From positions 57,368 to 121,367 of the forward strand of contig JAHFKN010000003.1 in assembly GCA_023245355.1 (NCBI GenBank): a DNA stretch of 64,000 nucleotides, given 5' to 3'. This document shows positions 1 to 7,995 of this stretch, one piece after another (within the stretch, counting starts at the first letter, position 1; every line of letters begins with the position of its first letter). This DNA comes from Candidatus Gottesmanbacteria bacterium (GTDB lineage: Bacteria; Patescibacteriota; Microgenomatia; UBA10105; UBA927). A model generated the notes under the pieces. The model searched no databases, was not told the DNA's origin, and was given only the letters and a program-made list of their open reading frames with translations. The position numbers and the translations under genes are program-made.

Positions 1-643
1 ATTTTCGGCTTCCCGTGATAATTACTCCGCCCAGAATAGTCGTGATAAGCATCATTCCCATGATAGTGCCTATCCCGAAGATACAAAGATACAGCAGAGC
101 CAGATTCTGATCGCTGATACTGCCCAGCACCAGGAGCGCGACGGCAGCGGAACCGGCCAGTCCGTGAATGAGGCCTACGATAAGCGGCCGGAGCAGCTGG
201 AAGACGCCGTGCTGCGTGATGAATTCCGCGACCGCTTCATGGCGTCTGCTTTTTTCATGCAGCGATGCGTCATGATGGTGCACATGGATATGCATCCTAT
301 CATGCTGATGGAAGTGGCTGTGTACGCCGGAGAATGCTCCGAGAAGTTTTTGCATGATACCGGTCAGGTTGAGTATCCCCAATACAACGAGCGCTATCGC
401 GACGACAAATTCAAAAGACAACTGGAGTTTTGCCGGTATGGAAACATGAAAAAGAATGATTGCGATGCCTACGACAATAATCATCATGGTGTGTCCGATG
501 CCCCAGCTGATGCCTATCATGGCCGCTGACGTAAGTTTACGGGCACGGGAAACAATCGTTGTCACGGCTGCTACATGATCGGCATCCGTTGCGTGTTTTA
601 AGCCCAGAAGGAATCCTACGGCAAGAATAGTAAATGGATTCAT
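1..643 (-). CDS. Nickel/cobalt efflux transporter, NicO/RcnA-like (5' complete at 643, runs off window start)
   Basis: Minus-strand translation from ATG at 643..641 gives a polytopic protein with a His-rich loop (HFHQHDRMHIHVHHHD) and two GxxH...DH-type repeats typical of the NicO family. It is not in the ORF track because it lacks a stop inside the window. Confidence 0.5.
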   Translation of the reverse strand, partial: MNPFTILAVGFLLGLKHATDADHVAAVTTIVSRARKLTSAAMIGISWGIGHTMMIIVVGIAIILFHVSIPAKLQLSFEFVVAIALVVLGILNLTGIMQKLLGAFSGVHSHFHQHDRMHIHVHHHDASLHEKSRRHEAVAEFITQHGVFQLLRPLIVGLIHGLAGSAAVALLVLGSISDQNLALLYLCIFGIGTIMGMMLITTILGGVIITGSRK

Positions 644-653
644 GCTGTTTTCG

Positions 654-1166
654 TTATATCCAGTGTTCCAGGAGTACCATCAGCGTCACGATCCAGAGAG
701 CGATTTCAAGATACAGCACCCAATGTTTCATATACCAATGCACCCATTCATGCGTATCGCTGGGTATGATAGGAAGCATGCGGATAAAACTGTATTTTTT
801 CTTAATCCACGGCCCGAACCATGCAATGCCGTGGTAGATGGAAAACGTATCAAGAATAAAGTGGAGGAATACGTTGACCGTCGCAAGTCCGAGGTAGGTG
901 TAGAAAAACCGTATATGGAACGGGAGTGCCAGAACAGCAACGAATCCGAACACAATAAACCAGTTGGCCGGATAGTGTGACAGGTTTTTCAGCGCGCTGT
1001 GGTGGTCGTACACTCTGCGCAGCGATACAAGGCCGTCTATATCCGGGATATTGGCAAACGCGACCCCCAGAATGTAGGGGGTGATAGTAGTATCCGGCAG
1101 CCAACCGCGGTCAACAAAAAATTTTGTGACAAGGAGTCCGACTGCAGCATGAGAAAGTGTTGTCAT
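654..1166 (-). CDS. YdjM-like membrane-bound metal-dependent hydrolase (DUF457)
   Basis: 170 aa, 4-5 TM segments, N-terminal MTTLSHAAVGLL motif resembling the YdjM/DUF457 family. Confidence 0.45.
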   Translation of the reverse strand: MTTLSHAAVGLLVTKFFVDRGWLPDTTITPYILGVAFANIPDIDGLVSLRRVYDHHSALKNLSHYPANWFIVFGFVAVLALPFHIRFFYTYLGLATVNVFLHFILDTFSIYHGIAWFGPWIKKKYSFIRMLPIIPSDTHEWVHWYMKHWVLYLEIALWIVTLMVLLEHWI

Positions 1167-1183
1167 ACGGTGCGAGATGGGTA

Positions 1184-1559
1184 TTAGCCTGTTTTGGTTT
1201 GTGTCGGTTCCGGCGACTTCAATGGCGCTTCTTTCGGGTGCGTTTTCCGTTTCGCGATCTTCCCCAGTGTATACATGACGCGTTTGTGAAGGTCAATATT
1301 TTTTATGCGGGCAAAACGGATCACGGAGACGATGATATCTCCCAGTTCCTGTTCGTATGTTTCATCCTGCTGGGCGGCGAGGTTGGTGGGTTTCCGTCCG
1401 TGTTTAGCCAGGTACGCTCTGGCCATTTCACCGATTTCCTCGACCAGCGACAGAATGAGAAATGACCCGAATTCCTCCTGGTTTTTAACGTTTTTGTCCG
1501 CTTCTTCGAGGATAGTGATGTATTTACCGAACGGCGATCTGATTTGCGGTTTGTTCACC
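1184..1559 (-). CDS. MazG-like nucleoside triphosphate pyrophosphohydrolase
   Basis: MazG core motifs EEFGSFLILSLVEEIGEMARAY and ELGDIIVSVIRFA. The long ORF 1184..1747 overlaps the next gene, so a shortened start at GTG (plus 1559..1557) is inferred. Confidence 0.5.
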
Positions 1560-1564
1560 CGGTT

Positions 1565-1570
1565 ATTATA
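1565..1570 (-). promoter_or_regulatory. Candidate -10 box (TATAAT on minus strand) upstream of mazG-like gene
   Basis: Plus attata at 1565..1570 reads TATAAT on the minus strand, a few nt upstream of the inferred GTG start. Confidence 0.2.
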
Positions 1571-1595
1571 GCAGAACGCGCAGTATTCGTGCGAT

Positions 1596-1985
1596 TTATT
1601 TGCCGCCGATAATCTGCACGGTGTTGCCGTCGGGGTCGGAGAATGTGGCAAACCATTTTTCCATTGTCGGCGCTTTAAACGGCGCGGCGACAAACGGGAC
1701 GTTTTTGCTGACAAGATATGCATGTGCTGCACTGACGGAGTCGACATTTATGTTAAACATGATGCGCACGGGGTCTTTGTTGGTCCCTTGGATTTCCGAA
1801 TGTTGTCCTATCCACAGAAAGGGGAGGCCGTCAGGAAATTCGAATAAAATACCGGTGTCCTGCGGGTGATTGAGATGCTCATTAACCTTTAAATTGAACA
1901 CATCCTGATACCAGTGCGCTAACCGCTCATAATCCGCCGACCAAATGAGAATTGTAGTGATTTTATGAAATGTAATTGCTTCCAT
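1596..1985 (-). CDS. VOC/glyoxalase-bleomycin resistance family protein
   Basis: 129 aa with a typical paired beta-alpha-beta-beta-beta VOC fold pattern (WYQDVFNL, FEFPDG, DPDGNTVQI). Confidence 0.55.
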   Translation of the reverse strand: MEAITFHKITTILIWSADYERLAHWYQDVFNLKVNEHLNHPQDTGILFEFPDGLPFLWIGQHSEIQGTNKDPVRIMFNINVDSVSAAHAYLVSKNVPFVAAPFKAPTMEKWFATFSDPDGNTVQIIGGK

Positions 1986-2026
1986 TGAGGATTATTATAG
2001 CATGGCATCATGTGATTTTTCTGGGG

Positions 2027-2650
2027 TCATCGGTGTATGAGTAGGAAGAGGCCGATCATGCCGATAATCCCGAGCGAGTTGAGCATGTAAGAAGACAGAA
2101 CAAACCGGTGTGCGCTTACCCGTGAGATACCCAAAAGACCGATAGCTAAATCATCAGGCAGGGGGGTTACGATGATAAATATCACCAAGAGCGGCAAGGT
2201 CCACCGGAACATCCTGCTGTGGAATATATGTATAAGTTTCCTGCCGTGAAATTCATTAAAAATATCCTCAATTTCTTCCAGCAGTTCGGTATTGAGCACG
2301 TGGAGTATGGTCATGTCAGCTGCGACCGCGCTTGCCCCTGAGAGTGCTATAACCTGCCAGATCGGCGTCTGTTTTGCCAGAATGGAAAGCATAAGCCCTC
2401 CGATGGGAGCTGTAAACGGCGTGACAAACAGAATACCGGCTGCGGCAATTGCAGCAAACCGGTACATTCCCAGTCCGGAGAGCGCAGTTTCGAGACCGTT
2501 CCCTTGAGCAAGCCAGACTGTGACGATAAGCCCGACAGCGCACAGAATGAGGTTTATGTGGGTGTGCCGTTTGCGGAGTTGTTTTGGGTGCTTGAGGTGG
2601 CGGTGGTTGGATAAGTGGATTGGCCTACGCATATATGTATATAGTAGCAA
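2027..2650 (-). CDS. DUF368-like polytopic membrane protein (possibly N-terminally truncated or split)
   Basis: GISRVSA motif resembling the GISRSG signature of DUF368. The first 30 aa are basic low-complexity, so the true start is probably internal. Confidence 0.35.
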   Translation of the reverse strand: MLLYTYMRRPIHLSNHRHLKHPKQLRKRHTHINLILCAVGLIVTVWLAQGNGLETALSGLGMYRFAAIAAAGILFVTPFTAPIGGLMLSILAKQTPIWQVIALSGASAVAADMTILHVLNTELLEEIEDIFNEFHGRKLIHIFHSRMFRWTLPLLVIFIIVTPLPDDLAIGLLGISRVSAHRFVLSSYMLNSLGIIGMIGLFLLIHR

Positions 2651-2698
2651 ATTCCGTGTGAATCTGAACCACTCATCATCGGAAGAGAATGTCCCGTG

Positions 2699-2905
2699 TT
2701 ATACCAAATCAGAGAGTTTGTGTGTGGAAAAAAGCACGATGAGCCCTAGTACCAGCGAGATAATGTAGCTAGCCAGCAAATGATCCGGAAATATGTAGAG
2801 ATCCATGAGGCCCCATGCGCCGCGCCAGACCAGAACCACGGCAACTGCTATCCATAGCACACGGATATACGACGGTTTCCTTTTTTTCATATGCAGTTTA
2901 GGCAT
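2699..2905 (-). CDS. Small membrane protein (possibly detached N-terminal fragment of the DUF368 gene)
   Basis: 68 aa, 2 TM helices, immediately upstream of the DUF368-like ORF on the same strand. Confidence 0.25.
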   Translation of the reverse strand: MPKLHMKKRKPSYIRVLWIAVAVVLVWRGAWGLMDLYIFPDHLLASYIISLVLGLIVLFSTHKLSDLV

Positions 2906-3053
2906 GGCAGGCCTTAGTGGCCAGACTTAGAATAGTTTGGCACAAAGTAAGCTCGTTTGAAATAGATGAAATTGGTCAGTTCCTAAATCCCCAGCCAGCA
3001 ATTTTGTCTATGCTTAGTTAAAAGGATTATAATCAAATTATTATCTAAACTCT

Positions 3054-4151
3054 ATGGAAACTTCAGGTGGAAATGTGGGCAACCCAAAGAAAAATTTCAG
3101 GTTGATAATACAACTCTGGCTTGTATTTGAAGTTAGTGTTTTAGTTTTTCTTACTGATTTTGTCTATGTAATAGCGATAAAGAAAGTCTTGTTTAATGAG
3201 GCTCCAGATGTTTTCGGAATCGTTCTATTAGCATCTATGCTTGTAGGAGGATTATCTTTCTTTTTGGCAATAGTCCTCAGTCTGCTTAGAAAGCACTTTA
3301 GCGATAAGAAAATAACTTTTTCAAAAGTTTTATTGATACTACTGACGTTACCTGTGTTGCCATTTTACTTGTTCGTCTCGCATCTTCTTGATAAAAACAG
3401 AAAGCTTTTTCCAAGACTACTGAGTGGTTCTGTTTTGTTGGTTGTTTTATTTCCCTTTTGGATTTTGGGATATGTAGTTCTGTATTATGTTTCTACGGAT
3501 GAATTGTTTTTGGGTTCAAGATATCAAGTTTCGTCAATTGCATATTCCGATTCCATGATGCCTACCTTCAAACCAGGGTCAATTGGTAAGTATTATCCTT
3601 ACAAAAATATATTTTACAAATTAAATCCTAACTGGGCTTATAAGATTGAACGAGGAGACATTGTAAGGTTCAGTAGTGGGGTGACTCAAGATTATTTGAA
3701 TAAGGAGGGAAATATAGACTACCACAATTTTGTTAAGAGGGTTATTGCAATTGAGGGAGATAAAGTTGAACTCAGAGCAGGAGTGGTAATACTAAACAGT
3801 GAGCCATTATCAGAACCTTACACCCTTGAACCCAATTCAACTTTTGCCCTGGATGACGCATACAAGAATGCAAAATCGCAGGGTTTAAGTGGGCTGTTTT
3901 TGGATGAATGTAAAGCTATTGTAATTCCAGAGGGTAAGCTATTTGTACTAGGTGATAACAGAAAAAATAGCAATGACTCAAGAGTTATTGGTCTAGTTGA
4001 TTTGGCAGACATTAATGGGTACTTTCCGTACAAAGAACAGAAACAACCATTCAAAGAAGGAGTAAATGTTATTAATTACTCTGACCAATGGAGAACCTCA
4101 ACTGACCTAAATTCTTCAATTCTCCAGAAGGTTGAAAATTATTGTTTATAA
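3054..4151 (+). CDS. lepB: Signal peptidase I (S26 family) with a long polytopic N-terminal extension
   Basis: S26 boxes: SMMPTF (Ser box), VKRVIAIEGDKVEL (Lys box), GDNRKNSNDSR (box E). The N-terminal 160 aa have multiple TM helices. The gene is markedly AT-richer than its surroundings. Confidence 0.65.
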   Translation: METSGGNVGNPKKNFRLIIQLWLVFEVSVLVFLTDFVYVIAIKKVLFNEAPDVFGIVLLASMLVGGLSFFLAIVLSLLRKHFSDKKITFSKVLLILLTLPVLPFYLFVSHLLDKNRKLFPRLLSGSVLLVVLFPFWILGYVVLYYVSTDELFLGSRYQVSSIAYSDSMMPTFKPGSIGKYYPYKNIFYKLNPNWAYKIERGDIVRFSSGVTQDYLNKEGNIDYHNFVKRVIAIEGDKVELRAGVVILNSEPLSEPYTLEPNSTFALDDAYKNAKSQGLSGLFLDECKAIVIPEGKLFVLGDNRKNSNDSRVIGLVDLADINGYFPYKEQKQPFKEGVNVINYSDQWRTSTDLNSSILQKVENYCL

Positions 4152-4371
4152 CGAAGAAATACATATATGAAAATGTTACACGCAGGAAATAGAATCATTT
4201 TTAATGTTTTGTAATGAAGATCCGAAGCTGTTTGCCAGTTCGAGACCTGCCTTGCAAAGAGAACTTTTAAGATTTGTTATCTCGAACCTTATTTTGAGGG
4301 ATAAAAAGGTCAAATATACGCTCAAAACTCCATTTGATATAGTAGCCAAATACTCTCAAAGTGAGAATTAG

Positions 4372-4442
4372 CAGGCTCGGAGGGAATCGAACCCCCAATA
4401 GAGGTTTTGGAGACCCCTGGTATACCATTTACCTACGAGCCT
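4372..4442 (-). tRNA. tRNA-Trp (anticodon CCA)
   Basis: Cloverleaf folded by hand: acceptor AGGCTCG/CGAGCCT, D-stem GGTA/TACC, anticodon stem GGGGT/ACCTC with loop CTCCAAA, T-stem GGGGG/CCCTC with loop TTCGATT, discriminator G. No CCA encoded. Confidence 0.8.
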
Positions 4443-4450
4443 ATGATGAT

Positions 4451-4699
4451 CTATTTTATCAGCTTCAGACGTTTAATTAAACCTTGATAGGCGGATCCGT
4501 GTTGTTTCAGCTTGTGCTCCCGTACTGTTGCACTGATTTTATCACGGTATGCTTCGTAATATATGAGTTGGGGATGAATCATTTTTCTTGTTGTAAAGGT
4601 TTTGCCACTAATATGTTCGCGAATTCTACGTTTAAGATCGCTTGAGTATCCAATATATAGTGAGTGATTGTTGTCTTGAAGAAGGTATACGTAATACAT
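4451..4699 (-). CDS. GIY-YIG nuclease superfamily protein (YhbQ/UPF0213-like, 82 aa)
   Basis: MYYVYLL...LYIGYSSDLKRRIREH...YYEAY...REHKLK matches the GIY-YIG core and the YhbQ-like pattern. The ORF is wedged between the tRNA-Trp 5' end and a partial tRNA copy. Confidence 0.75.
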   Translation of the reverse strand: MYYVYLLQDNNHSLYIGYSSDLKRRIREHISGKTFTTRKMIHPQLIYYEAYRDKISATVREHKLKQHGSAYQGLIKRLKLIK

Positions 4700-4700
4700 G

Positions 4701-4751
4701 GGTATACCATTTACCCCGCCTTTCGCGAAAGGCTGGGTTTACCTACGAGCC
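4701..4751 (-). repeat. Partial duplicate of tRNA-Trp 5' end (positions 1-24) interrupted by a 24-nt palindrome flanked by TAAA direct repeats
   Basis: On the minus strand, AGGCTCGTAGGTAAA + CCCAGCCTTTCGCGAAAGGCGGGG + TAAATGGTATACC reproduces GGCTCGTAGGTAAATGGTATACC of the intact tRNA. The insert (plus 4714..4737) is a near-perfect palindrome around TTTCGCGAAA, with TTTA repeated at 4710..4713 and 4738..4741. Confidence 0.7.
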
Positions 4752-4812
4752 TAACTAAAGGGTATTGTAGCAATTTTCGGCCGGGAATGAAATTCCAAAT
4801 CCGAAGGAACGA

Positions 4813-5322
4813 TTACAGAAGTTTGAGCGTGGTAATGAATTGCGTAAATACCGGCCCGAAGCCGCCGATATATACATCAAGGCCTGTTTTGGGATGGGTG
4901 AACATAAGTTTATCGGTCGGGGATCCGTCTTTGGCGGACGTATCGTGATACAGACGGGCTGAGACACTTGCCGTGCCGCTCGCTACAGGAATGTTCATGG
5001 ATTCGATTTTATCCGCCGGTAACGCGATTCCGGGAATATCTTTCTGACAGACGACGATAACGGATCCATCCGGATGGGAAAGATTTGCAAATACCGTGCC
5101 GCTGGTCGAGCTTTCCATCGGGGTTAACGTGTTCGGATATTGAAATGAGACGCCGCATGTAGAACCCACAAGATACGCAAACGTCGGTGACGGCGTGGTA
5201 ATCTGCGTGGGAAGAGCGTTGGTGGACGCTTGCTGCGGGATAGTCCGGCCGAGGTTAAAGCCGATAAGAAGCGCGGCAACAATTGCCAAAAAAGCCGTAA
5301 AGAGCAGAGTGTTTCTGTGCAT
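4813..5322 (-). CDS. Hypothetical secreted/membrane-anchored protein
   Basis: The long ORF 4813..5535 overlaps rpmG. An internal start MHRNTLLFTAFLAIVAALLIGF (signal anchor) at 5322 gives 170 aa. Confidence 0.4.
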   Translation of the reverse strand: MHRNTLLFTAFLAIVAALLIGFNLGRTIPQQASTNALPTQITTPSPTFAYLVGSTCGVSFQYPNTLTPMESSTSGTVFANLSHPDGSVIVVCQKDIPGIALPADKIESMNIPVASGTASVSARLYHDTSAKDGSPTDKLMFTHPKTGLDVYIGGFGPVFTQFITTLKLL

Positions 5323-5326
5323 GCCT

Positions 5327-5500
5327 TTAGTCCAGCTTGCTTGTTTCTTTGTGCTCTGTGTGTTTCCGGCATTTCCGGCAATACTTTTTGAGCACGATTT
5401 TTTCCGTTGTGTTGACCTTATTTCTACTAGTGATGTAGTTTTGGGATTTGCACACGGTGCAGATGAGCGCGAGCACGAGTCGTTGATCTTTTTTTGCCAT
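5327..5500 (-). CDS. rpmG: 50S ribosomal protein L33
   Basis: MAKKDQRLVLALICTVC...YCRKCRKHTEHKETSKLD: a zinc-ribbon L33 with CxxC...CxxC, about 57 aa. Confidence 0.75.
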   Translation of the reverse strand: MAKKDQRLVLALICTVCKSQNYITSRNKVNTTEKIVLKKYCRKCRKHTEHKETSKLD

Positions 5501-5527
5501 AGAGGGATTATAGCCCAAAAACGTTTG

Positions 5528-6490
5528 TTACTCAAGCAGTCTGTTGCTGATTATGGCGGCTGCGACGGTTTGGGAAAAGAACGCACGTCCGGAATCAGAG
5601 TAGTGTATATGGTCGCCTGCGTTTATAAGTGAGAGTCTGCCGTTCCCTTTGGCGTCCATGCTGGAATGGTATGCATCGGCCACCGGGAATCCCTGGCTTT
5701 TGGCAAACGCGACCGTGTTTTCTATGTATTTTTTGATTTCCGTCACCTTATCGAGTTTTCCCTGAGTACCGAAAGAAATACCGGGCGCTCCGTCGCCGAA
5801 TACGTCCCAATTGGGAGTGATGGTTGCGGCAAAAATGATTTTGGTTTCCGGAAGTTCGCGGCGGATTGTGTCGACGATGTCAGCTAGCTTCAGCCAATGG
5901 CGGGTAAGCGCTTCATTGATGTCAGCAGACGGATATGGGTTGTATCCGAATGACTCCACAACGATAACATCGGGCTTTTCACTTACGACCGAATTTCTCC
6001 CTAATCCGAGATATGAATAGCCGTTGGTGAGCCTGCGCAGTCCCGAATCGATATTTTCAGCTCCGACTCCGTGGTTGATGATGGTAAATGTGGCATTGGG
6101 GTAGACGGCATTGAGCCGTCCGGCGAGTCCGCTTCCGACCGGACCTAACGTGTCGATCATCGAATCGCCGAGCAATGTTACGGTCCAGGATTTTTTCCGT
6201 GCAGTTCTTGTTGCCGGTGTCGGAGACGGACTTGCGATCCCGGGTTCCGTTGGCACGGGCATAAGCGTCGGAGAAGGAGTCGCTGTTGCAACGGACTGGC
6301 CGAGGACTGAGCCCGTGTCTGGGATAACATGTAACAGATCGCTGAAACTGACCAGCGGTTTGGATACAGGGCGGTTTGGCAGCAATATCGGTGTGGGATC
6401 AGGTAACGGAGATATGATTCCTTCGGACGCGTATACCGTGAATGAAAACATCAGAAAACTTCCGATAATAAATACCGCAATCCAGCGCAT
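5528..6490 (-). CDS. SGNH/GDSL-family hydrolase with signal peptide and Pro/Thr-rich linker
   Basis: Block I motif TLLGDSMID and later SGNH-type blocks (GYNP, DHIHYSDSG). N-terminal signal peptide and PSPTP-rich linker. Confidence 0.6.
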   Translation of the reverse strand: MRWIAVFIIGSFLMFSFTVYASEGIISPLPDPTPILLPNRPVSKPLVSFSDLLHVIPDTGSVLGQSVATATPSPTLMPVPTEPGIASPSPTPATRTARKKSWTVTLLGDSMIDTLGPVGSGLAGRLNAVYPNATFTIINHGVGAENIDSGLRRLTNGYSYLGLGRNSVVSEKPDVIVVESFGYNPYPSADINEALTRHWLKLADIVDTIRRELPETKIIFAATITPNWDVFGDGAPGISFGTQGKLDKVTEIKKYIENTVAFAKSQGFPVADAYHSSMDAKGNGRLSLINAGDHIHYSDSGRAFFSQTVAAAIISNRLLE

Positions 6491-6545
6491 ATATCCATCA
6501 TAATGGGCATACGGGGGTACGGTCTAGTAGGGAATGTTATGGGTA

Positions 6546-6932
6546 TTATTCCCGTTTCAGCAGCGTGCTTTCCACGCGTTTCGCGCCGAAAAACTCTTTA
6601 CAGAATGCCTCGGTTTTTTTTGCGTCATACCACGCACATGAGAATATGTTGAGATACACGCTTTTTTTGTATTCTGAAAAATGTGCGGTGACGGAGCTTG
6701 TTTCTATAAGCTGGACCAGCGAATACCCGCTCGTGATGGGATTATCGTGTCCGAAATGAGGGATAAGCGGTTCACCATACCGTTTCATCATGATGACGTC
6801 ATCGCAGAGTGTAATCACGAATTCTTTAATTTTTTCTCCGCTTGAGATTGTCTCAAGGTTACAGTCGTATAAATTGAGGATAAGCTCCTGTCCGAACATC
6901 GTTTCTTCATTGGGTGTGGGTGAATTCAGCAT
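6546..6932 (-). CDS. speH: S-adenosylmethionine decarboxylase proenzyme (SpeH-type, pyruvoyl-dependent)
   Basis: IETSSVTAHFSEYKKSVYLNIFSCAWYD matches the ES-HxxxH/PE self-processing region of small AdoMetDC. 128 aa. Confidence 0.55.
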   Translation of the reverse strand: MLNSPTPNEETMFGQELILNLYDCNLETISSGEKIKEFVITLCDDVIMMKRYGEPLIPHFGHDNPITSGYSLVQLIETSSVTAHFSEYKKSVYLNIFSCAWYDAKKTEAFCKEFFGAKRVESTLLKRE

Positions 6933-7105
6933 GCTGTTTCTTATGACCGGAGTTTGCTATCAGGTTGATGCGCATTTCTCCGATGCACAATACCAAAAAA
7001 TAATTATTACTGTTTATTTAGATAACGGTATTTTTACACCCTTGTCAATACATGAAACGGATGTATTTCATCTGACGCGCTCTGACAGGCGAAATAATTT
7101 ATACT

Positions 7106-7975
7106 ATGTATATGAACTGGATTCTCGCAGGATTCCTTATGTTTGCTTTCTCGGTCGTGCAATATCTGCTCGTCCGCAAAAGCGTTCAGCTGAAAACTCC
7201 GTCGCAGTTTTCTAATTTAGCCATGTTCCTAATCCCGTCCGTGTTATTTTACGGAATTTCGGCCGCATCGGGGATAAGTCTTCATATCGGGTGGTATGAA
7301 TTTGCCGTGATTGTCGTGCTTGCCGTATTTTTCAGTTATTTGGGAAATGTATGGTCGTTAAAAAGCATAGAAGTTGCGCCGAACCCCGGATATAGCCTTG
7401 TGTTGTCCAAGAGCTATGTAGTGTTTACAACCCTTGCTTCCATCCCGTTATTTCATGCGGCTCTTACCGTCCGATCGGGAATAGCAATTGCAATCATCCT
7501 CGTATGTTCAGCGCTCATATCAATTACGGGAAAGGTGAAACAAGCCGGCCATGTCCGCGCGTCATGGCTGCCGCTTTCAATCGGTGCATTTTTTTGTTGG
7601 GGAATGCTCTCACTGACCTCAAAATACCTCCTGATTCTGGGCGTACACATATATAGTCGGCTTATATACTCCATGGTCATCGTGACCGTGTTAATCGGTA
7701 TCGAAATGGCAGTGAAAAAAATATCGTTCCGGCGTATTTCTTTGCGGCAGGCTGCAATTTCCGTACTGATCGGCGTATGTTCCGCCGGATTTAATTATTT
7801 TATGCAGGCCGGTTTCGCGACGGCTCCGAATATCGGCTATATCAACGCGATGAACGCGTCTTCTATCGGACTGGTGGTTTTGGGATCGGCAGTATTTTTT
7901 CACGATGAATTTTCGCTCCGCAAAGGTATCGGGGTGGCCGGAGTCATCGCCGGACTTATCATGTTAGTCGTATAA
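7106..7975 (+). CDS. EamA/DMT-superfamily transporter (10 TM)
   Basis: Two homologous 5-TM halves, hydrophobic throughout, 289 aa. Confidence 0.5.
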   Translation: MYMNWILAGFLMFAFSVVQYLLVRKSVQLKTPSQFSNLAMFLIPSVLFYGISAASGISLHIGWYEFAVIVVLAVFFSYLGNVWSLKSIEVAPNPGYSLVLSKSYVVFTTLASIPLFHAALTVRSGIAIAIILVCSALISITGKVKQAGHVRASWLPLSIGAFFCWGMLSLTSKYLLILGVHIYSRLIYSMVIVTVLIGIEMAVKKISFRRISLRQAAISVLIGVCSAGFNYFMQAGFATAPNIGYINAMNASSIGLVVLGSAVFFHDEFSLRKGIGVAGVIAGLIMLVV

Positions 7976-7995
7976 ACGTATTACAGTTATTTTGT

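Noticed and set aside
164-529. 121-aa plus-strand ORF rich in Met/His/Asp
   Set aside because: Lies antisense to the His-rich loop of the NicO-like transporter encoded on the minus strand (1..643). The composition is a mirror artefact of the His codons.
4813-5535. 240-aa minus-strand ORF spanning rpmG
   Set aside because: Its upstream third overlaps the clear L33 gene in another frame. An internal Met at 5322 gives a sensible signal-anchored protein, so the long form is treated as an artefact.
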